This document shows positions 32,564 through 42,441 of a stretch of 64,000 nt of DNA, piece by piece (the stretch's first letter is position 1; every line of letters starts with the position of its first letter). The translations under genes and the position numbers were made by a program. The stretch lies in assembly GCA_028869385.1 (NCBI GenBank), contig JAGWSR010000061.1, forward strand, positions 3,526-67,525. Reading direction: 5' to 3'. The DNA is from a bacterium. GTDB lineage: Bacteria; Vulcanimicrobiota; Vulcanimicrobiia; Vulcanimicrobiales; Vulcanimicrobiaceae. The notes beneath the pieces were generated by a model that had not been told where the DNA came from, searched no databases, and saw nothing but the letters and a program-made list of their open reading frames with translations.

Positions 32564-33786
32564 GCGGATCGAATCTCCTTTTTATGGTCGCAGCGCGGCC
32601 ACTCGATTCGACGCCCCATCGAGTGCCAAGCATGACACGGAACGAACCCGTGGTCGACATAGAAGGGAATGTCGCCTTCGTTCGCCGGCCACGCGATTAG
32701 TTTGAGGGCGTTGCGACCGGCGAGGTCTTTGAGGTAATCGAGAACATCGGCGGTCTTCTGGCTGTAGGTTCCGGTGTCGACGAGGAGATAGTCGATTTCG
32801 ATCGCCGTCCCGGGCTCGTTGTACTCGGACGCGCACAATTTCAGATCAACGCCGGGGTGCGCCGCCGATTGCAGAAAGCCGCCGGGTCTCCCCGGGAGCG
32901 AGAATTCCGCTTCGTACGCATCGAAGAAATTGTTGAGGTTGGTGTAGTCGGGTTCAGGGTCAGGTTCGCGACGCTCGTGCGGCTCCTCGTCTTCGCCGCA
33001 CGCGCGCAGCACCCACCGTGGCGTGCCCAGTGCGAAGAGCGACATGAGGTCTTTTTCGGCGTGCGCGAGGTGCTCAGCCGCGAGTTCAACTACTTCGGGC
33101 GTCGGGTTCTTGACGAGGGCGATGGCCGCCGCGAATGACGGTGGAAGCTTTTGGAAGGCGTCCTTTTCGTTGTATGCCCACGTAATAAAGCCAGCATCCA
33201 CGAATGGGGTCTGATCTTTGGGATACAGTTCTTCGCTCGGCAGCGGATTCTGCAGGGCGATGAGCTCTTCGACATCAATCGCTCGGATGCCGAGTGCCAT
33301 TTTCCGGTACGTCAGCTCGCGCGAGATACGGGGAGCTAACGCGTTGAGCATCGCCGAGAGATGGGCTGTCTCGGCAGCGCCCGGGGAAAACAAGCTCGGT
33401 TTGGCGCGCGCGACGCTAATCGAGATGTGGCTTCCTACAGTCCCGAGGAGTGCCTCGAAGTAATGGCCTGCGATCAGCGCTTCTAGACCGGTCACTGGCG
33501 CACCGAGTTCTTGCAGAGCGCGGCCAAGCCGGTACGCAATATCGGCCCCCGGAGCTTTCTTGCCCGTACGCCACGCTGTGATCGGGCTTTGGTTATCAGC
33601 CGGCTTACCGCTTTCGGCTTTCCGACCGTCGTTCGGGCGCATGAGGTGGCGGAGCTTCATGTAGTACTGCTCGGCAATTTGGGCATCCGTAAACCCAAAC
33701 TGCTTTGCACAGCGGTCGAGCCAGTCCGCGAACGAGAAGTAGTACCCGTCGCGGCTCATAGCGACGTCCAGAACTGAGTCGGTCAT
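32560..33786 (-). CDS. Hypothetical protein with possible N-terminal HTH and GNAT-like C-terminus
   Basis: Inner ATG 33786 with AAAGGGAGG upstream. N-terminal ..ITAWRTGKKAPGADIAYRLGRAL (XRE-like). C-terminal ..LKDLAGRNALKLIAWPANEGDIPFYVDHGF (GNAT-like beta-alpha-beta). Both calls are weak. Confidence 0.45.
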   Translation of the reverse strand: MTDSVLDVAMSRDGYYFSFADWLDRCAKQFGFTDAQIAEQYYMKLRHLMRPNDGRKAESGKPADNQSPITAWRTGKKAPGADIAYRLGRALQELGAPVTGLEALIAGHYFEALLGTVGSHISISVARAKPSLFSPGAAETAHLSAMLNALAPRISRELTYRKMALGIRAIDVEELIALQNPLPSEELYPKDQTPFVDAGFITWAYNEKDAFQKLPPSFAAAIALVKNPTPEVVELAAEHLAHAEKDLMSLFALGTPRWVLRACGEDEEPHERREPDPEPDYTNLNNFFDAYEAEFSLPGRPGGFLQSAAHPGVDLKLCASEYNEPGTAIEIDYLLVDTGTYSQKTADVLDYLKDLAGRNALKLIAWPANEGDIPFYVDHGFVPCHAWHSMGRRIEWPRCDHKKEIRSA

Positions 33787-33877
33787 GTAACCTCCCTTTG
33801 GACATATTTTAGAGGTCCGAGGGCTGTATTTCGAAGAGGCTACGAAGTACAGCGTCGCTTGCGATACCCTTTCGGGC

Positions 33878-34240
33878 GTGGATCGCCTTAGCCGAGCGGC
33901 CTCTAAGGATTTCGTTGTCCATCTCCGCGCCGTCATGAATGAACGCGGCCTATCGGTTTATGGCCTGTTCCTTTTGGTGGACGATTTAAGCAAGGCGACC
34001 ATCTACCGCTGGTTTAACGGTACATCTCGGATCGACGTTAACAGGGCTGTAAAACTGCTTGAAGCGCTCGCCGGAGAGGATCGATCGGTGTCGCTAGGCG
34101 CAGCGGAAGCTCTACTTGCTCGCGAGGGCGCTGGCGATTCTGCCAGAGATCGGCTCCGGGGCGAACTCAAGGCACGGAAGCTTCCGCGCAACCGCACGTT
34201 TGACGCGCTGCGCGCTGCTGGTGTTCCGGGGTTCGAGTAG
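33878..34240 (+). CDS. XRE-type helix-turn-helix transcriptional regulator
   Basis: LRAVMNERGLSVYGLFLLVDDLSKATIYRWFNGTSRIDVNRAVKLLEAL. The start could be the inner ATG at 33935. Confidence 0.5.
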   Translation: MDRLSRAASKDFVVHLRAVMNERGLSVYGLFLLVDDLSKATIYRWFNGTSRIDVNRAVKLLEALAGEDRSVSLGAAEALLAREGAGDSARDRLRGELKARKLPRNRTFDALRAAGVPGFE

Positions 34241-34411
34241 ACGCCCCCACCACATCGCCGCTCCTGGCCTACGCCGCTCGTAACCGCCTAACCTTAGCTC
34301 GTCGTCCCTGCATTGACGCAAGGGACACTGCGTTCTTTGCCCTTGCGTCATCGCTCCGCCGGCTCGTCCAGGCTCATTCACGAGTCGGCCGCGCAGGCCA
34401 AGGAGCACAGG

Positions 34412-34978
34412 ATGGGCAGCAATATCTTCAGTTTACTAATTCCCGAAACCGAGAGAGACGTACGCGCGAAAATCGTGCAGGTCTTGACGAACTTCGGCGA
34501 TCCAATACTCTCGACAGTCACAGAATCCGGCGCATCGATTCGCCCACTCTGCGAGCGTGAGCGTTACGCCGAAGCATCGGCCGCGTTAGCTCGCCTCAAC
34601 ATCGATGTCGATTCGTGGCCGGCACCGCCTGCCGGGTTGTTCGTCGTGGAAGAGCGCACCGTGTATCTACGCAGCTTATCGCCGATGACGATCGCGCATG
34701 AATTCGGCCACGCGCTCGATTGCGCGCTCGGCAGCGGCGTCTACTTCTCCGGAACGAATCCGGACGTGCGTCGTGCGTTCCTCGCTGCGAGGCGCTTCGT
34801 AACTCCATACGCCGCTACCGGTATCGACGAGTATTTCGCGGAGAGCGTCCGCGCATACGTAGGCGTGAACGATCGTTCGTCTCAATGGCCTGCGGTCTCG
34901 CGTACGCTCCTCCGGCAAGTCGACGGCGCCATGTTTGAGGTCATCGACGCGATCTTTGCGCAGCGTGCGGAAGCCTAA
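34412..34978 (+). CDS. Putative zinc metallopeptidase (HExxH)
   Basis: Inner ATG with AAGGAG upstream. The motif is TIAHEFGHALD, followed by ..EYFAESVRAY (a possible third ligand Glu). Confidence 0.55.
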   Translation: MGSNIFSLLIPETERDVRAKIVQVLTNFGDPILSTVTESGASIRPLCERERYAEASAALARLNIDVDSWPAPPAGLFVVEERTVYLRSLSPMTIAHEFGHALDCALGSGVYFSGTNPDVRRAFLAARRFVTPYAATGIDEYFAESVRAYVGVNDRSSQWPAVSRTLLRQVDGAMFEVIDAIFAQRAEA

Positions 34979-37041
34979 TGGCTAACTCCATATTCTTCGG
35001 GGAGCGCCGTAAGGATGCCCTCGGCGGGATCGAGTACGCCGAGCGTCACGACGTCCGTCGCAACGCCGTCGCTGGCGCGCACGAACGCGATCGCGGTGGC
35101 ATACTCGTGCGCCGCACCGAGACTTCTCCAAATCGCACCGTCGAGCGCATCTTCGCGGTGTTCGTTGCTAGACTCGCTCCGCGACGTTCCGCGTGAGCTA
35201 TGCGAGCTGCCCGTCATGTTGACGCTGCTTGAGTTACCGGACGTCTGCGACGTTCCTTCGGTTGTCCCGCGACGTAGCACCGTCGTCTGTCCGATCAGTT
35301 CCCTCGCCAAGTCGCGCGTCAGCTTGTCGTCAACCTCAAAGAAGAACTTATTCGCAAAGTTGGCGACGATTGCGTTCGTTGCGTTCTGATCACCACCGAG
35401 TTGCTTCGCGAGCGCGCTGATGCTCGTAATCCCGACCGTGGCAACGAAATCAGACTCACGGATCGTATTCCAGGCTTGCACGTGTCCGGGAGCCGCGTAG
35501 TTCGTGTATTCATCGCACAGGAGCAAAATTGGATCGAGAGATCCGGCGCGATTCGATGCGGTACGCTCTCGCGCCATCTGAACGATACGCCGGAAGATCA
35601 TGCGGATGACCGCCCCGACGGCGCGAGGATGCTCGGTCTCATCGATCTCGACGAGGATCACGCGCCCTTGCTCCAATAGGGAGAGATCGATCCCGTTGCG
35701 GTCGCAAAACGTCTCGCGCAGCACGCCGCGCGCGAATGGCTGCAACTGCGGAAGAACGGATTGGCGAAATTCCTCGCCGAGTTTTGCTTCCCGCTGGAGA
35801 AGCGGAAAAGTGCGGCCCTTCACTTCACGGAGGAGTTCGCGAAGTGCAGCGGCACTGCGAGAGTCTTTGATGGCGTCGGCTCGCTGGAAACCGTATGAGA
35901 ATATTGCATCGAGGCGCCGTGCATCGAGAACGAGCAGTTGCAATAAGGTGGGCAACGTGTCCCCGATGGTCAGGTCGTACGCCTCGTTTCCGGGTTGAAT
36001 GACGCCATCTTTGTCCGCTAACGCCGGAACCGCGATCGTCGCCGGCGCGAGCGCTTGGATGATTTCGATGAAGCCTTCGGTGAACGCCGCGGGCCCATGG
36101 ATCCAGAAGTCGGAATTGGATGCTCCGATGCCATCGCGGATTGCATCGCCGATCGACTCGTGCGACATACCGGCCGTGATATCCATGGTCTCGCGCTGCG
36201 ATCCGATCCCGATAACGTGGATGCGATCCGCGGGCCGAAACGTGCGTGCGATGCGATAACAGTCGATCGTCGCGCGACGCTTCGTGACAAATACCAACGC
36301 CCCGGCCCTCGGCGCGGTCTTCAGGCCCCAGAAAAGGTCCGGGTATACCTTCGAGCGCGTCTTTGAGCTGCCGGGCGATCCGACGACGATGGTTCCGCGA
36401 CGGGCGCTGTGCTCGCCATAGAGAAGAACCGTGCCCTGCTGCGGAGCGCCGACCGCGAGGTTCCGTTCGCGGAAGATGCCTCGCGCCACGCCGCCGCAGA
36501 GCAGCAGTCCACCGGCGAGCAGCGTGCGTTGCGCACGGTTCTTACCTTTAACCTGCGCGTGCGTCGCGGCTGACTGACCGGCCTCGGCCAAAGCCGTGAA
36601 CGCGCGGCCGAAGCCGTTGATGAAAGCACCCAGTGCCGCAAGCGTTAGCGCGGAAGTGCCTACGTAATCGAAGTACGAAACAGAGGTCTGGACCCACGCG
36701 ATGACGGTGGGAGCGCCGGCGGCCATGACGATCGCAACGCCGGCCCAGAAGGCGATGGCGTTTCCGCGTGCTTTGCTGAACAGCGAGGGGGGATATCCGA
36801 CTCCTTTTGCAAGCGCGGCGAGCGGCGCCATCGGGTTCGCGACGATGAGCGCTACGCCGATGAAGAAGATGACGTGGAACGGGCGATATCCGCCGCCGCC
36901 ATGGAGAAGCGACTCGATCGCGATGTAGGCGTAGTGTCCGAGACCGAGGCCCGCGACGATCGCGCAGATCGGATCGACAAACGCGAGCGTCAGCGCTGCT
37001 GCGCGCTCCTCCGATTCGCGACGGTGACTGATGATGTTCAT
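34975..37041 (-). CDS. Type IV coupling protein (VirD4/TraG/TraD family)
   Basis: N-terminal TM helices. Walker A VVGSPGSSKTRS. Walker B ILLLCDEYTNY. The size and the Ser/Thr-rich C-terminal tail are typical of T4CPs. Confidence 0.8.
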   Translation of the reverse strand: MNIISHRRESEERAAALTLAFVDPICAIVAGLGLGHYAYIAIESLLHGGGGYRPFHVIFFIGVALIVANPMAPLAALAKGVGYPPSLFSKARGNAIAFWAGVAIVMAAGAPTVIAWVQTSVSYFDYVGTSALTLAALGAFINGFGRAFTALAEAGQSAATHAQVKGKNRAQRTLLAGGLLLCGGVARGIFRERNLAVGAPQQGTVLLYGEHSARRGTIVVGSPGSSKTRSKVYPDLFWGLKTAPRAGALVFVTKRRATIDCYRIARTFRPADRIHVIGIGSQRETMDITAGMSHESIGDAIRDGIGASNSDFWIHGPAAFTEGFIEIIQALAPATIAVPALADKDGVIQPGNEAYDLTIGDTLPTLLQLLVLDARRLDAIFSYGFQRADAIKDSRSAAALRELLREVKGRTFPLLQREAKLGEEFRQSVLPQLQPFARGVLRETFCDRNGIDLSLLEQGRVILVEIDETEHPRAVGAVIRMIFRRIVQMARERTASNRAGSLDPILLLCDEYTNYAAPGHVQAWNTIRESDFVATVGITSISALAKQLGGDQNATNAIVANFANKFFFEVDDKLTRDLARELIGQTTVLRRGTTEGTSQTSGNSSSVNMTGSSHSSRGTSRSESSNEHREDALDGAIWRSLGAAHEYATAIAFVRASDGVATDVVTLGVLDPAEGILTALPEEYGVSH

Positions 37042-37544
37042 TTGTGACTCCGTTCATAGAGAATGCCATCGTGAAAGCCGGACCGATATCCGAGGTCCTG
37101 GCCATAGCCGACGCCGATGTGATAGGCGCTCCAGACCGTGACGATGCTTACCGTGATCGCGAGTGCGAATGCGAACGCGATGGAGGCGAAGGGTGCGACT
37201 GCACGTTTGCGCGCGAAGGCTTTGAGTTCGGATTCCAGCGACCGGATTGCGCGCAACGATGCGTTTTGCGTCGTTTGGATAGCCGTCGTCAACGCGTCGA
37301 CGATTCGCTGGTCATCAGTCATCGCCGCGCCCACCGCGGCAGAGAGGCGCGCTGCAAACGGCTCGTTGGCGAGCGCACCGTTCGCGCTACTCGTCAAGTC
37401 GTGGAGCGAGCGATGTACGTCGTGGAGTAATAGCCATAGTGGATCGTTGTCGGGAATCCCCGAGCGCTCCGCGAGTCGCCGAGCCGTGAGTTCGGTTGCT
37501 GGGTCGAGTGACGCCAGATAGATGTCGCGCGCGCTCGGCGTCAT
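37038..37544 (-). CDS. Hypothetical membrane protein of the transfer operon
   Basis: ORF with one C-terminal TM helix (FASIAFAFALAITVSIVTVW). Its stop overlaps the T4CP start (ATGA). Confidence 0.45.
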   Translation of the reverse strand: MTPSARDIYLASLDPATELTARRLAERSGIPDNDPLWLLLHDVHRSLHDLTSSANGALANEPFAARLSAAVGAAMTDDQRIVDALTTAIQTTQNASLRAIRSLESELKAFARKRAVAPFASIAFAFALAITVSIVTVWSAYHIGVGYGQDLGYRSGFHDGILYERSHK

Positions 37545-38317
37545 CGGGCTGCTACCCGTTGCGGAATCGCGCCGTCAATGTCGAGCGAACTGCCGCGGAA
37601 GTCGGTCGTGGCTGCTGCGAGCTGAACGCGCATGCGGGTCGCGCCGAGCTGTCCGAGGCGTTGCGCGCCAACGGGACCAGCAGCCTCGATAAGACGTAGG
37701 CGCTCCGCGTCGGCCTGCGCCAACAGGCTGGGCGAGAACGCGTTAAGGAAGATCGTCTCGGCACCGACATTTGCCGCGAGCTCGCCCGTCGCGCCGTACC
37801 GGCGTTCATCGCCGATCTGGACGCCGTCATAGATGACGAAGTCGTGCGGGCTGCCGAAGCGCCCATTCTTCACGATCACGACGCGCGCGGCCGTACCGGC
37901 GAAGGCATTGAGCACGACCTGCGCGGTCACCGTCTCGGCAATCATCATGCCTATGGGATTGACGATGACGAGCTCACGGTTGGTCTCTGATACCGCTGCG
38001 ACCAGCGCCTCGACGCTGTTGTCGCCGAAGGTGCGTAAGAGGTCGTCGATGCGACCACCAGGCACGTCGATGAGTACATCATCAATTTCGTCGCGGTGGC
38101 AGTCGTCGAGCCACGAATAGGTGCTCTGCGTGCCGGACAAGTCGAACGTCTTGATATCGTCGTGGTAAACCGCGAACGTGCCGGTTGATGCGTCCAGGTC
38201 CCATGCAGCTACGCGACGGCTACGCGTCGGGAGTAGATCGTGGAGTAGTTTCGCGATAAAGGTCTTTCCGACACCGCCCTTCGGCGCCACGGTTGCGATG
38301 ACGCGCCGCGCTTTCAT
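37541..38317 (-). CDS. ParA/MinD-like P-loop ATPase
   Basis: Inner ATG 38317 of ORF 37541..38539. Deviant Walker A VAPKGGVGKTF. ..LIDVPGG.. Walker B-like. Confidence 0.7.
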   Translation of the reverse strand: MKARRVIATVAPKGGVGKTFIAKLLHDLLPTRSRRVAAWDLDASTGTFAVYHDDIKTFDLSGTQSTYSWLDDCHRDEIDDVLIDVPGGRIDDLLRTFGDNSVEALVAAVSETNRELVIVNPIGMMIAETVTAQVVLNAFAGTAARVVIVKNGRFGSPHDFVIYDGVQIGDERRYGATGELAANVGAETIFLNAFSPSLLAQADAERLRLIEAAGPVGAQRLGQLGATRMRVQLAAATTDFRGSSLDIDGAIPQRVAAR

Positions 38318-38673
38318 AGCTTCAGCCCTTTCGCGCCGAAGCGGTCGCCGTTTGGCTGTGTCGACGCCGCTACCGGCGCGGTCGTCATTTCCTTTTTCGG
38401 GAGGGTCGATGCGAGCGCGGGGATCGTCGCTTGCCGGATGTTGCGCCGCGGTGCACGTTTCATACATGCGGCGCGGAGCAAGTCGGGGCTGATTTTCTGA
38501 CCGATCGCTGTAGAAAGTTCGATGGCGAGCGAGCGCCACGAGTGGCCACGCTGCCGTAAAGCGAGAATGCGTTCGCGTGCGCCCGAGAGGAGCTGTCGCT
38601 TCTCGCTCAATCGTGACGACGGAGCAACTGTCTCTAACCGGTCCAGTATTGCCTCAAGTTCAGATGCTGTCAC
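38314..38673 (-). CDS. Small putative DNA-binding protein (resolvase-type HTH-like)
   Basis: ..ILALRQRGHSWRSLAIELSTAIGQKISPDLLR. Its stop overlaps the ParA-like start (ATGA). It is the first gene of the minus-strand transfer operon. Confidence 0.45.
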   Translation of the reverse strand: MTASELEAILDRLETVAPSSRLSEKRQLLSGARERILALRQRGHSWRSLAIELSTAIGQKISPDLLRAACMKRAPRRNIRQATIPALASTLPKKEMTTAPVAASTQPNGDRFGAKGLKL

Positions 38674-38755
38674 TGTTTACCTCGTTGGTTTGAGAGTCGT
38701 GGCGACAGTCTAGCGCATGCGCGAAATCGATGTGTCTCGGTCATTGCGCGTTCAG

Positions 38756-38769
38756 TGAGACTAGTCTCA
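38756..38769. promoter_or_regulatory. 14-bp perfect palindrome in the divergent mob intergenic region (candidate oriT/operator)
   Basis: TGAGACTAGTCTCA. A further GTGAGAC copy sits 17 nt downstream and GCGCATGCGC lies at 38712-38721. The site is between the divergently transcribed relaxosome and T4CP operons. Confidence 0.3.
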
Positions 38770-38857
38770 TTTTGCGCACGCATGGTGAGACGCACGCTAT
38801 GAACGTGTCGTGGTACGGTCTGTCGCAAGCACAGAAGCCTTCAGATAAGGATGCAGG

Positions 38858-39250
38858 ATGGTGCCCAAGGGCAAACGGGAATCAAAAGCGCAGCGACACG
38901 GCGGGCGCGTCGTGCTATCGCTGGACGTAGAGCCTCACGTACGCGATGCGCTACGAGAACGTGCTATGCTGGCCGGCGTCTCGATGGCGGAATATGTTAG
39001 CGTAGCGCTCGCGCAGCCGAGTCGCTCGTTCGCGACGGCATCAACGGAGATAGCGCAGCCGCTTGCGCAGCTGTCGTATCGAATCTCTCGTGCGCAGCAA
39101 GCCGTCGCTGCGGGCGATCATTCGGCCGCGGCTGCGGAGCTTGAATTCGCAAGGCGGATTGTTGCAGAGGCGATGCGCCCGCTAGCGACTCCGCACGCCG
39201 AAGAGGTTCGCTCGGGCGATCGGCGGCACGCCGGCGGCTGGAGCGGCTGA
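38858..39250 (+). CDS. MobC-like relaxosome accessory protein (ribbon-helix-helix)
   Basis: GGRVVLSLDVEPHVRDALRERAMLAGVSMAEYVSVAL (RHH pattern). It lies immediately upstream of the relaxase and overlaps it (TGATG). Confidence 0.55.
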   Translation: MVPKGKRESKAQRHGGRVVLSLDVEPHVRDALRERAMLAGVSMAEYVSVALAQPSRSFATASTEIAQPLAQLSYRISRAQQAVAAGDHSAAAAELEFARRIVAEAMRPLATPHAEEVRSGDRRHAGGWSG

Positions 39251-42200
39251 TGGTCGGTAAGCTTTGCGCTGCACCCGCGAAGGGCGGCGCTGCCTCAGGC
39301 TTGATCGAATACCTCGTCGGGTACGCGATTAGCGAGAAGGGCGCAACGCGCCAAGAAATCGCCGCCGCACTCGATGGCGTATACGTGGAATCCGAACAGC
39401 TCCCCGACCTTGGCGTCGGCGCCATATGGCGACCAGAAGCAGGTGGCGGGATGCGACCTTCGTCCATACTCGTGCGCAACTGCGCTTCCTTTTCGACTGC
39501 AAGTTTGGAGATTGACGCAGACGGTGCGCGGAACCCCGGCATCCGATCGAGCGCGATGCATCTCGTTTGGTCGTGGAACGAACGCGAGAGCGGATTGCTT
39601 ACCGATGAACAGGCGCACGCATACGTTGGGCAAGTCATTGAGAAGCTCGGTCTCGGCCATCACCGGAGCGTGGCCGTCGTACATCGAGACACCGACAATC
39701 TCCACGTCCACTGTGCCGTCGGTGCGGTGGACCCGGGAACGGGACTCGCCTACGATCGCACGGGACTTCATCGGAAGATGGCGTGGGCTGAGCGCGAAGT
39801 TGAGCTTGCCAACGGCCTCGATCATGATCGTGGTTTAGCGGTCGTTCAGGACGCCGGACTTTCCACCGCACACGTACGCTGGGCCGATAAATTCGAACTT
39901 GCAGCATGGCGAGCGGAACGTCGCGAGGTGCGTCTCACCCGACAAGAACGCCGGTCATTCGAGGGGTATCGCGAGCGCGACGGGGCCTTCGATCGTTACG
40001 TGGATGCGACGTTGGGGCCGCGCCTGCTGACCGCGCTCGACCTCGATCGGCAGCGCGGCATCGCAGAATCCTGGGCAACGCTGCACACCGTTGCGGCACG
40101 GTACGGATGCGAGCTTTCGGCAGGGCCAGATGGCGCGGTGGTCGTCAGAGATGTTGGCGTGGGCGCAATGCGCGCCGCACATGAACAAGAGCGCCGCGCC
40201 GCGCGCGCAGCGCTGCTTGCCGATGGGCTCGATGGTGGGGAAGCCGACGAACAGCTTGCGGAGCTGCGCGCCAAACATGAGGCAGAAGAGACCATTGAAC
40301 GGGATCACAAGAAGGTCGCCGGCGTTGTCGCTGAGCTACCGTCTGCGCTGAAAGAACGGCTGGGGGATCTCCCGGTATTTCAAGACGCCGAGCGATCGGA
40401 GCAAGCCATTATCGAACGGGTCGCGCGCGACCCCGCGATGGTCCTCACGGCGGTAACTACCCAAAGTAGTACGTTCACGCGCGAGGACGTCGATCAGTGG
40501 CTTGCTGCCCGGATATCTGATCCCGATGAGATCGAACGTCTAGGGGACCTCGTAGTTCGCGCGGATGAGGTGCGGGTGCTGTCCGCCGACCCGGTGCAGC
40601 CCCTGATGACGACAACGGAGATCGTGGCGATCGAAGATGCCTTGGACGCTGACGCTCGTCGCCTGGCAACGACCGCCTCGGGTATCATGCCGTCCGAAAT
40701 CGATGCCGCGATTCGGTCCTACGAGCAGCAAGAGGCCGCGCGTCGTGGGCACGCCTTCCGGTTGTCGAACGAGCAGCGCGTATCTCTGCAGCAACTCTCT
40801 CGCGCTTCGGTCGTCGCTATCGAAGGGTTGCCGGGAGTAGGCAAGACGACGATCCAAGGCGCGGTGCGCGTGCTGGGAGAGCAACTGGGCCGCGAAGTGG
40901 TTGGACTCACGCTATCTCAGGCGGCTGCGGAACGTCTTGAAAGTGAGGCAGGCTTTCGGTGCGTTAATACCGCCCGAGCACGGATGCTTGAGGAAGGCAA
41001 TAGTCCAGTAATTCCGCAGAACGGGATCGTGGTTGTCGACGAGGCTGCGATGGTGGACTCGCGCGCGAACGGCAAGATTTTGGAATTGGCGCGCGCGCGC
41101 GGAAGTGTCGTAGTGGAAATTGGCGATGTGCGCCAACTACAGCCGATCGACTTCGGCGCTTCATTCCGAATCGTCAGAGATGCGGCACGGGACGTTGGGA
41201 CATACTGCGAGCTGCGCGATATCCAGCGGCAGGAACGTGGATGGCATCGTGAAGCGGTGATGCAATTGGCCGATGCGATAGCCGAGCGCGACGAGAACGC
41301 GCGTCTCGCAAAGGTTGGCGCCGCGCTTAGGTTGTTAGAAGATCATGGCGCGATCACATGGACTGATGATCGTGATGCCGCGATCGACGCAGCTATAGAG
41401 CGCTCCCAGGCGCGCCGCAGTGCCGGTCTCGATTCGTTGACCCTCGCCTCTGATAAAGATAGTGTTCGCCACCTTTCGGAAGAGGATCGGCGGCGCGATG
41501 GGCGCGAGGGCATCGGGCGGCGATACGCGACCGACGGCGGTCTTCGGGAATTCGCGCCCGGCGATCGGCTGATGTTCTTGGAGAACAGCCTCGGCCGCAA
41601 CGGTCTCAGCGTCCGCAATGGAGATCGCGGGACGGTGCTTGAGGTAAAGCCCGATCGAATCACCGTAGAGCCCGATGGCAAGGACGAGCAGACGGTGACG
41701 TTCTCACCGAAGGCGTATAGGGCATTCGATTACGCAAACGCTTGCACCGTCCATAAATCGCAGGGAGCCAGCGTCGATGCCGCCGTTTCGCTAATCGATC
41801 GCAGCGCGTCGGCAGAGTTGTTGTTTGTTGCTGCAAGCCGATCGCGGCGGGAGTTGGATATCGTCGTACCTCGCTCGGCGTTTCGCGACATTCACGAGCT
41901 GGCGGAGCACGTCTCCGAGCGGATATCGCTGAAGACCACGACGAGAACATACGGCGAATTGCTCGAACGAACCGGTGGCAAGCAGACGATCCGCGTGCGG
42001 AACATCGAAGCGCAACGTGAAGCGTTGCCGCTTCGTCTTGTTTATGAGGCGGACGTCGTCGAGCCGCTGCGAGCGTTGCAGGCGGATCGCGTAGACCGGG
42101 CTCGCGAAGCCTATCAGGAACGCAAGCGTGAGATCACGGAGTCTGCGCTGTCGATAGAAGATCGTCTAGAAGCGGGCCGGGGCGCACTACGCGAGATGCG

Positions 42201-42441
42201 GAGCGCAGTGACAGCCGCCTATCGCGAGTTGCGCCCACAGCCGTTCGGCGAGTGGCTTCACGAGCGGGAAGAGCTGCGGGAGCGAGCGCGGTCAATGCAC
42301 GAGCGACGCAACGAGGACCAGCAGCAAGAGCAGCGCGTCGGGCGGGAGCGCGGGCGCTCTCAAGATCCCGATCGAGGCGACCTCGGAGGGCGATTTGCCG
42401 AGGAAGCGGAGAACGCGCCGGACCTTGGCCGCGGTCGCTAA
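39250..42441 (+). CDS. Conjugative relaxase fused to a RecD-like helicase (TraA/MobA-MobL type)
   Basis: Relaxase histidine triad VAVVHRDTDNLHVHCAV. Helicase Walker A IEGLPGVGKTT. Walker B VVVDEAAMVDS. C-terminal ..ACTVHKSQGASVD. Confidence 0.85.
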   Translation: MVGKLCAAPAKGGAASGLIEYLVGYAISEKGATRQEIAAALDGVYVESEQLPDLGVGAIWRPEAGGGMRPSSILVRNCASFSTASLEIDADGARNPGIRSSAMHLVWSWNERESGLLTDEQAHAYVGQVIEKLGLGHHRSVAVVHRDTDNLHVHCAVGAVDPGTGLAYDRTGLHRKMAWAEREVELANGLDHDRGLAVVQDAGLSTAHVRWADKFELAAWRAERREVRLTRQERRSFEGYRERDGAFDRYVDATLGPRLLTALDLDRQRGIAESWATLHTVAARYGCELSAGPDGAVVVRDVGVGAMRAAHEQERRAARAALLADGLDGGEADEQLAELRAKHEAEETIERDHKKVAGVVAELPSALKERLGDLPVFQDAERSEQAIIERVARDPAMVLTAVTTQSSTFTREDVDQWLAARISDPDEIERLGDLVVRADEVRVLSADPVQPLMTTTEIVAIEDALDADARRLATTASGIMPSEIDAAIRSYEQQEAARRGHAFRLSNEQRVSLQQLSRASVVAIEGLPGVGKTTIQGAVRVLGEQLGREVVGLTLSQAAAERLESEAGFRCVNTARARMLEEGNSPVIPQNGIVVVDEAAMVDSRANGKILELARARGSVVVEIGDVRQLQPIDFGASFRIVRDAARDVGTYCELRDIQRQERGWHREAVMQLADAIAERDENARLAKVGAALRLLEDHGAITWTDDRDAAIDAAIERSQARRSAGLDSLTLASDKDSVRHLSEEDRRRDGREGIGRRYATDGGLREFAPGDRLMFLENSLGRNGLSVRNGDRGTVLEVKPDRITVEPDGKDEQTVTFSPKAYRAFDYANACTVHKSQGASVDAAVSLIDRSASAELLFVAASRSRRELDIVVPRSAFRDIHELAEHVSERISLKTTTRTYGELLERTGGKQTIRVRNIEAQREALPLRLVYEADVVEPLRALQADRVDRAREAYQERKREITESALSIEDRLEAGRGALREMRSAVTAAYRELRPQPFGEWLHEREELRERARSMHERRNEDQQQEQRVGRERGRSQDPDRGDLGGRFAEEAENAPDLGRGR

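Noticed and set aside
38730-38930. ORF 38730..38930 (+), 66 aa, in the mob intergenic region.
   Set aside because: It overlaps the candidate oriT palindromes and the start of the better-supported MobC-like gene in another frame. It has no SD or motif.
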